From IMG/VR virus record IMGVR_UViG_3300005239_000324: 64,000 nt of DNA, one strand, 5' to 3'. This DNA is from an uncultured virus (IMG/VR IMGVR_UViG_3300005239_000324). Taxonomy: Duplodnaviria > Heunggongvirae > Uroviricota > Caudoviricetes > Crassvirales. Under the pieces are notes generated by a model. That model was not told where the DNA came from and did not search any database. It saw only the letters and a list, made by a program, of their open reading frames with translations. Position numbers and translations under genes: made by a program. Positions 58,007 through 64,000 of this stretch are shown here, piece after piece. Position 1 is the stretch's first letter. Every line of letters starts with the position of its first letter.

Positions 58007-58866
58007 GTTACGAGCCAACAGATGCAGACCCAACTCCAACTATTACTGGTTTAACTGGTGGTACATTTAGTGCTGGTAGTGGTTTAGTGTTTGTTGATAG
58101 TGGAACAAATACAGGAAGTTCTACTGGTGAAATAGATTTAAGTGCTTCAACTATTGCGAGTTATACTATTACTTATGACACTACTTCAAGTGGTTCAAGT
58201 GTTTGTCCAAATACATCTACTCAAACTGTAGAAATTGCTTTAGCTGGAATTGCTAATAATTACAGTATGAATTTTGATTCTGCCAGTTCAGATTATATTG
58301 ATGCTGGAACATCTATAGGTGATTTAATAGGAGATAATTATGCTGGTTCTTTAACTGCTTCTTTATGGTTTAAAAGAAGTTCAAATACTTTAGGTGGTTT
58401 AATTACTTTTACTACAAGTGGTTGGGGTGAGTTTACTTTAACAGCACCATCTTCTAACGCAATAAGGTTTGCTATAAATAATGGTACTTATTATTTAGAC
58501 TATAATAATTCAAATGGTTATACTTATGATACTGATTGGCATCATTTAGCAGTAGTTATGACGCCAAACGGTAGTGTGACTGATATAAAAATGTATTTTG
58601 ATGGCCAACCACTAACAATAACACCGACTGGTACATCACCTACTCCAAGCGATTTAGATTTTGCTGGTAAAAAATTATTTATAGGAACTTGGGATGCGAC
58701 AAATTATTCTTTTGATGGCAAACTTGACGAGGTAGCAATATGGAACACAGCTCTAACATCTACACAGGTATTGGAGATATATAACGCAAAAGGAACTAAT
58801 TTAACTAAAGATTTAACCACAGTATCAGGTTCAAACCTAAAGTACTGGAATAGAATGGGAGATTAA
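58007..58866 (+). CDS. Ig-like module + LamG fibre protein, C-terminal part
   Basis: PTPTITGLTGGTFS...GEIDLSAST then NNYSMNFD, WHHLAVV, GKLDEVAIW, YWNRMGD. Confidence 0.85.
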
Positions 58867-58867
58867 T

Positions 58868-60319
58868 ATGAGTACACAGTTTACAAATAGACAATGGCGT
58901 TTGCCTAACAATGAGAATAAAGACAAGCAGAGTAACTATTCTATGGACTTTGCAAGTTCAAGAGTTAATTTAGGTACATCACTTGATTTAGGTATAAACT
59001 CTACTATTTCACTATGGATGAATAGCAATGGATATGGTGCTGTTGTTTTAGGGGAAAATAGTTATGCAAATGGTTATTTAATGTATTTAGATGGAGCAGA
59101 TATTTATATAAGGATTAATAGTGTTGTTAAAACTTTTGCTCATTCAATGGTTACAGGGCAGTGGTATAATATTGTAATTATAAGGGAAGGAGATAGTATA
59201 GAAGTTTTTCAAAATAACACATCTTTAGGAACACAAACAGGGTACGGCACAAACACAAATACTTTATTTGACACACTTGGAGCAAAAACGACTGGAAATT
59301 ACGATTATAACGGCAAAATAGACGCAGTATCTATTTTTAATTACGCTCTTACAGACGGAACAGGTGGCTCAGTAAATCAGATTGCTGCTCTTTATGGTTC
59401 AAGCTCTACTGGTATAGGTAATCCAATGAGTTTATCTCCAAAGCCAGTTGCTTACTATCCTTTAGGAGACCAAGATGCTTTTAATGGAGCAGATTATTTA
59501 GTACCTAATAGTTCTTTGAAAGATTATGTTTTTGATTTTAATCCTTCAAATAGTAATTATATAAATTGTGGAGATAGTGATGATTTTTCTTTTGGTGATG
59601 GTACAACTGATTCACCTTTTTCTTTATCTGTTTGGGTTAATATGACTGATGCTACAAAATTTAGAATATTAAATAAAGCACAGGGTACAAGTGCTGGAAA
59701 TACAAAAGAATATTTATTTTCTACTGGTGGTGATGATAAAATTATATTTTATTTATATCAAGATAATATTTCAACAACAAGAATAGGTCAAAAGTATAAT
59801 GGAGCAGCTTTAACAAGTTATGAAGGGCAATGGATACATCTTGTTGGAACTTATGATGGAAGTAGTAGTGCAAATGGAATAAAAATATATTTAAATGGAA
59901 TACAAGTAGATGATACTCCAGTTACAGGAGCATATACCGCTATGCAAAACACTAATGAACCTTTTGTTATTGGTCAGTTAACAAGTGACTATGCTAATGG
60001 AAAGATATCAAACGCTCAAATATTTGATACAGCACTACCAGCAATAGGTTCTAACTCAGTAGAAACTCTTTACAATAATGGTTCTCCACTTACTTCAATG
60101 AGTGGATTTACTTCTTTACAAGGTTGGTGGAAATTAGATGCTTCTGCTACTTATGATTCATCAACTACAACTTGGACTATCCCAGATGACAGTACTAATT
60201 CTAACAATGGCACAAGCTCAGGAATGACACAAGCCAATTTAGTTCAAAGTGATTTAAGTTTTACAAGTGGTTACTCTCCTTATGCTTTAGATTTTGATGC
60301 CGCGAGTGGTGATTATATA
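58868..60319 (+). CDS. Multi-LamG fibre protein (3' truncated)
   Basis: MSTQFTNRQWRLP start paralogous to 17828 and 54262; two LamG modules. Confidence 0.85.
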
Positions 60320-60339
60320 NNNNNNNNNNNNNNNNNNNN

Positions 60340-62293
60340 AAGCATAGTTCAAGACAGCAAGACTAAAGAAGTTAAAATCTCTGACACTTACAAGCAAGCT
60401 TTAAGAGTTAATTATAAAAATATAATAAAATCTTTACCTGTAAGTATTATTAGAAAAAAATACAACAAGCTATTTAAAATAAATAAAATAGGTAAAGAAG
60501 ATGTTAAAAAAGTAACTGAAGAAGGTAAAGTAACTAACTATAGATTAGATATACTTGACATATCAGAACCTGGTTTAGAAAACTTTATTAACTTCTTTAC
60601 AGAGGGTGGTTATACAACTCTTAGAGCCAGACAAAGATCTATGGTTGACAATATAGCTAAAGAGCTAGCTGCTGTTTCTTTGTTTAGCTTAAATATACAA
60701 GAAGATTCTTTATCAGATTTATTTGAAGGTTCAGACACTGAAACTCAAGAAAAAGTTGTAGAATTTGTATTTAAAAATGCTGCTAAAAACATTAAGGATT
60801 TTTTAACTAGAGAAGTTGGTGAACAAAGATCTATGGATGTAGTTAAATTTTCTGCTGATTTAAACATACCACAAATAAACTCTTTTGCAAATAATACTAG
60901 TTTAATTATACAAAAATATAAAGAACTAGCTAAACCTAACATCGAAGGTGAATACAGACCTACTCAAAAACAATTAGAGGAAGTTTTAACGCTAACTTTA
61001 ATGATTAATGAAAATAAAGCATTTTCTGGATTAAAAGGAATAGACGCTATTAATAGTCTTGCTAAAAGCTTAAGACTACCTCTTCAAAAAATGTTAAAGA
61101 ATTTACCTAAAATTGAAAACATAGATCAAGCTGAGTTTTTAATCACAGGTATAGAGCAAGAAATAGCTAGTATAAACCTTAAGAAAGTATTACAAGACTC
61201 TGGTGTTGAATTAGATGAAGACTTTAGTTGGGCTGAATTAAACAAGGATGCTGATCATTTAATAAGAATGAGAGACATAGGTTCTGACGCTAATAAAAAC
61301 TACTATAAAAAAGCTAAAGACAAAAAACAAGCTTTAATAAATATATGGAAGTGGGATCCTAACCATCAAGCAACTGCTGGTGCTAACAGTTTTATAAGTA
61401 GAAATCAATTTTATCCTAATAAAAAACAATATGTTGATTACGATTTTAATCAAATAGATCCTGAAAACGTAAAAATAATATATAAAGATAATAAAAAGTT
61501 TGAAATAGAAAGCGTTAAAATATTTAAAGAAACTATAAGTGCTAAAGAATGGGGTATACTTACTAAAGTTCCAGCTCAAGAAGCTACTAAAACTGTATCA
61601 AAAAATGGTGTAAAAAGTAAAGTTGCAATACCTAGAATCAAGTTTGAAGAAGATTATAATGAAAGACAAGAAGCTGCTTTATCTGCTTGGAAATTTATGA
61701 ATGCTAAACTAGATTATTTAAGTAAAAATACTAGTAAACTTGAAACAGCTTCTTATTTGTATACATTAGCTCAAGCCAGCATGACAACGATGCTAAAAGC
61801 TGCAGCTCCTGTAGAATATTATTATGTAGGCCCTAGTTTTGGAGCTAAGCTTAGGTACGAGCATATGTTACCAACTAATTATGTCGTAACTGAGTTAGGT
61901 AAAAAATATATTAAAAACGAAGATATTGACTTAGAAAAACTAAGAAAACAATATAAAGTAGCTATCATACCTATCGAAATGGATGATAATTTTAATTATC
62001 TACTTAAAGATTACATGCCAGCTAGTTACACTTTAGACATGGATAGTGATGCTAGATACTATAACAACACTCATTTAGGTATGGACAACATGTTTCCTAT
62101 AAAAAGTTTAGATCCTAAAAAGCAAAAAGAACTTCCTGTAGGTCAAGACTGGGTTGATGTTAATAATGCTTATATAGCTGCTAAAGAATCAACTATAGAA
62201 GAGTTTCCAAGAAGTATTAAACCATCTTCTGATATAACTATAAATACTAGTGAAGTTATTGGTTATGCTAAAACAGTTGATGAAGCTTTAAAA
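60340..62293 (+). CDS. Fragment of giant internal virion protein with possible His-Me/HNH-like domain
   Basis: Open frame; YEHMLP...VAIIP..MD...MP...ARYYN. Confidence 0.5.
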
Positions 62294-62313
62294 NNNNNNN
62301 NNNNNNNNNNNNN

Positions 62314-62570
62314 TGGTGGCAGTTAGGTGAAAACAGTTCTTTTGATGGAAATAATTGGTTATTCGCAGATGAAAAAGGAAGAAACAATGGAAGAATCTTA
62401 AATATGACAGTAAGCGATTTAGTAAACGGCGTAGGTACAACAGCTAATGGAGTATCAAGTGGAATGTCAGAAGGTAATTTAGTAGGTGATGCGCCATATA
62501 GCACAGCTAATGCAATATCAAGTGGAATGGTATTGTATCAAGAGTTACTGGAAGTGGCAATACCCCGTAA
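62314..62570 (+). CDS. C-terminal fragment of a LamG-type fibre protein (exact end uncertain)
   Basis: WWQLGEN and LVGDAPYS.ANA linker like 53382-53600. Confidence 0.55.
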
Positions 62571-62630
62571 AAAAGAATTAAAACAAGTAAATATATAAAT
62601 AACAAGTAATTAACAAATAACAATTAAACA

Positions 62631-62873
62631 ATGGCAACAACTTATGTAGTAATTAACTTATCTGATACAAACTCTGTTTTGTTCAGTCAAGTAAACCAAT
62701 CTTCTGCTCAAACAATGAGAAGAAACGTGGCGAATACGCAAGGTGTTTTGTCTTTCCAGGTAGAGCCTAGCTTTATTACAAACGGTTCGTTGACGCCTGT
62801 TGGGACTTACACCCATGAAGAGATACTAGTTTTACTAGCTACTCCAGAATGGACACCTGCAGATCCTGAATAA
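62631..62873 (+). CDS. Small fibre-partner protein
   Basis: Homolog of 12213-12464. Confidence 0.75.
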   Translation: MATTYVVINLSDTNSVLFSQVNQSSAQTMRRNVANTQGVLSFQVEPSFITNGSLTPVGTYTHEEILVLLATPEWTPADPE

Positions 62874-62902
62874 GGAAAAAACAAACAATCAAATCAAATC
62901 AA

Positions 62903-63151
62903 ATGAAAATTAAAGAAGAAGAATTAAAATTAATTCAAGAACAACAAAAACAGCTTAATGAATTAGTTCATAACATCGGATTATTAGAAAGCCAAAAACA
63001 TGGATTACTTCATGAAATAGCTGGAGTTAATAAAGAAGTTGAAGATTATAAGGAAATATTAGAAGCTGAATATGGCGCTATTAATATTGATCTTGAAGAT
63101 GGTACTTACACTGAGATAAAAGAAGATGTCGAAGGTAATAAGGAAGATTAG
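62903..63151 (+). CDS. Hypothetical coiled-coil protein
   Basis: Copy of 12523-12771. Confidence 0.75.
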   Translation: MKIKEEELKLIQEQQKQLNELVHNIGLLESQKHGLLHEIAGVNKEVEDYKEILEAEYGAINIDLEDGTYTEIKEDVEGNKED

Positions 63152-63353
63152 TATAGGTTCTGACTATAAGAACGATGCAATGCATTATTCAACTGGTCAG
63201 GAAGTATATGGTGGACATACTATTAGCGATATTCTTTTTGAAGACAAAGACCAATCATATAATATTTTTATAACTAAAAATAATGAAGTCTTACCTTGGA
63301 AAAAGTTTAATGCCAATATGTCAATATCTGTAGAGTATGATCTTAAGTATTAA
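63126..63353 (+). CDS. Hypothetical protein
   Basis: Copy of 12746-12973. Confidence 0.75.
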   Translation: MSKVIRKISIGSDYKNDAMHYSTGQEVYGGHTISDILFEDKDQSYNIFITKNNEVLPWKKFNANMSISVEYDLKY

Positions 63354-63543
63354 TGCAAAGCTTATATTATTTTATTGTCAAACCTTTAAATGATAGGTAT
63401 GACAATACAAGAAGAGTTGCTGATACTGATCTTATTATCAATAGTGGTATTGAAGATCACAGATTTATTAGTAAAAAAGCTGTAGTTGTTTCAACACCTG
63501 CAGCTTATACTACTAAAATAAATATAGGTGATGAATTATATAT
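63353..63543 (+). CDS. Tandem GroES-like protein, N-terminal fragment
   Basis: Copy of 12973-13163. Confidence 0.6.
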
Positions 63544-63563
63544 NNNNNNNNNNNNNNNNNNNN

Positions 63564-64000
63564 AAAGTTGGACAAACAGTTGTTATAAGTAAAGATGGTA
63601 CAGGTTCTATGAAATGTAGAGTTGAATCATTAGGGGCCACTGCTGGTGGTGGTGCTGGTGTAGCAAGAACTCAAGTTCTTAATATACTACCTTATACTAA
63701 TGCTGATTTAACTACTGGTGCTCAAGGTATATTTGGAGCTGGTAATGCTGTAACTGTATTTGTTTACGGTTCTGAATTTGCTAAAGGAAGTGATGACAAT
63801 GGTTTATCAAGTATAGAACCTGAGTTTACACAATTTAACAACAAACCTATCATACTAAGAGATAAGTATGTTATTAATGGTTCTGATGCTGCTCAAATTG
63901 GTTGGGTTGAAGTTGCTACTGAAGACGGTGCATCTGGATACTTATGGTATTTAAAAGCTGAGTCTGAAACAAGATTACGTTTTGAAGATTATCTTGAAAT
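63564..64000 (+). CDS. Major capsid protein, allele D (internal fragment)
   Basis: VTVFVYGSEFAKG...NKPIILRDKY.INGSDAAQIGWVEVATEDGASGYLWYLKAESETRLRFEDYLE. Confidence 0.85.

Noticed and set aside
21530..62326. Apparent fusion ORFs (MCP-terminase, tail-post-MCP protein, internal protein-LamG)
   Set aside because: All cross a 20-N spacer joining unrelated fragments
670..62504. Short minus-strand ORFs in the track (except 55385-56553) and nested plus-strand ORFs such as 22077-22316 and 55588-55830
   Set aside because: They overlap well-supported genes and look like shadow frames
1..64000. Diversity-generating retroelement or shufflon as cause of the variability
   Set aside because: No reverse transcriptase, invertase or inverted cassettes seen; differences are whole-segment replacements, not adenine-specific substitutions. 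Such genes elsewhere in the genomes cannot be excluded.

Overview
This window is not one contiguous genome. It is 28 short AT-rich fragments joined by 27 spacers of 20 N, so ORFs in the track that cross an N-run are chimeric. The fragments are overlapping, allelic pieces from a population of closely related dsDNA tailed phages. The likely host is a Bacteroidota (probably marine flavobacterium), inferred from A-rich leaders without Shine-Dalgarno sites, flavobacterial-type Ig/DUF285 modules, and a head-tail block resembling crAss-related and Cellulophaga podoviruses. Reconstructed gene order: groEL, groES, wHTH regulator, lysis genes (T7-type amidase, holin candidates), small basic proteins, adhesin/fibre region (Ig-like, PKD, DUF285, LamG modules with small partner genes), tandem-GroES-like protein, small and large terminase, portal, scaffold, major capsid protein, ring/tail proteins, two tail stabilisation-like proteins, ejection-like proteins and a giant internal protein. 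One fragment carries a class II ribonucleotide reductase. The most striking signal is allelic: near-identical DNA anchors alternate with unrelated domain-sized cassettes across the virion genes, including the major capsid protein (four alleles). Other signals are an adhesin cassette inserted in the middle of an Ig-like module, a recurring intergenic ACAAGTRA-n-TATAA motif, and pentamer repeats before start codons. I found no rRNA, tRNA, CRISPR array, integrase or reverse transcriptase. Many frameshifts look like sequencing errors. All functional calls come from motif recognition and synteny only, with no database search.
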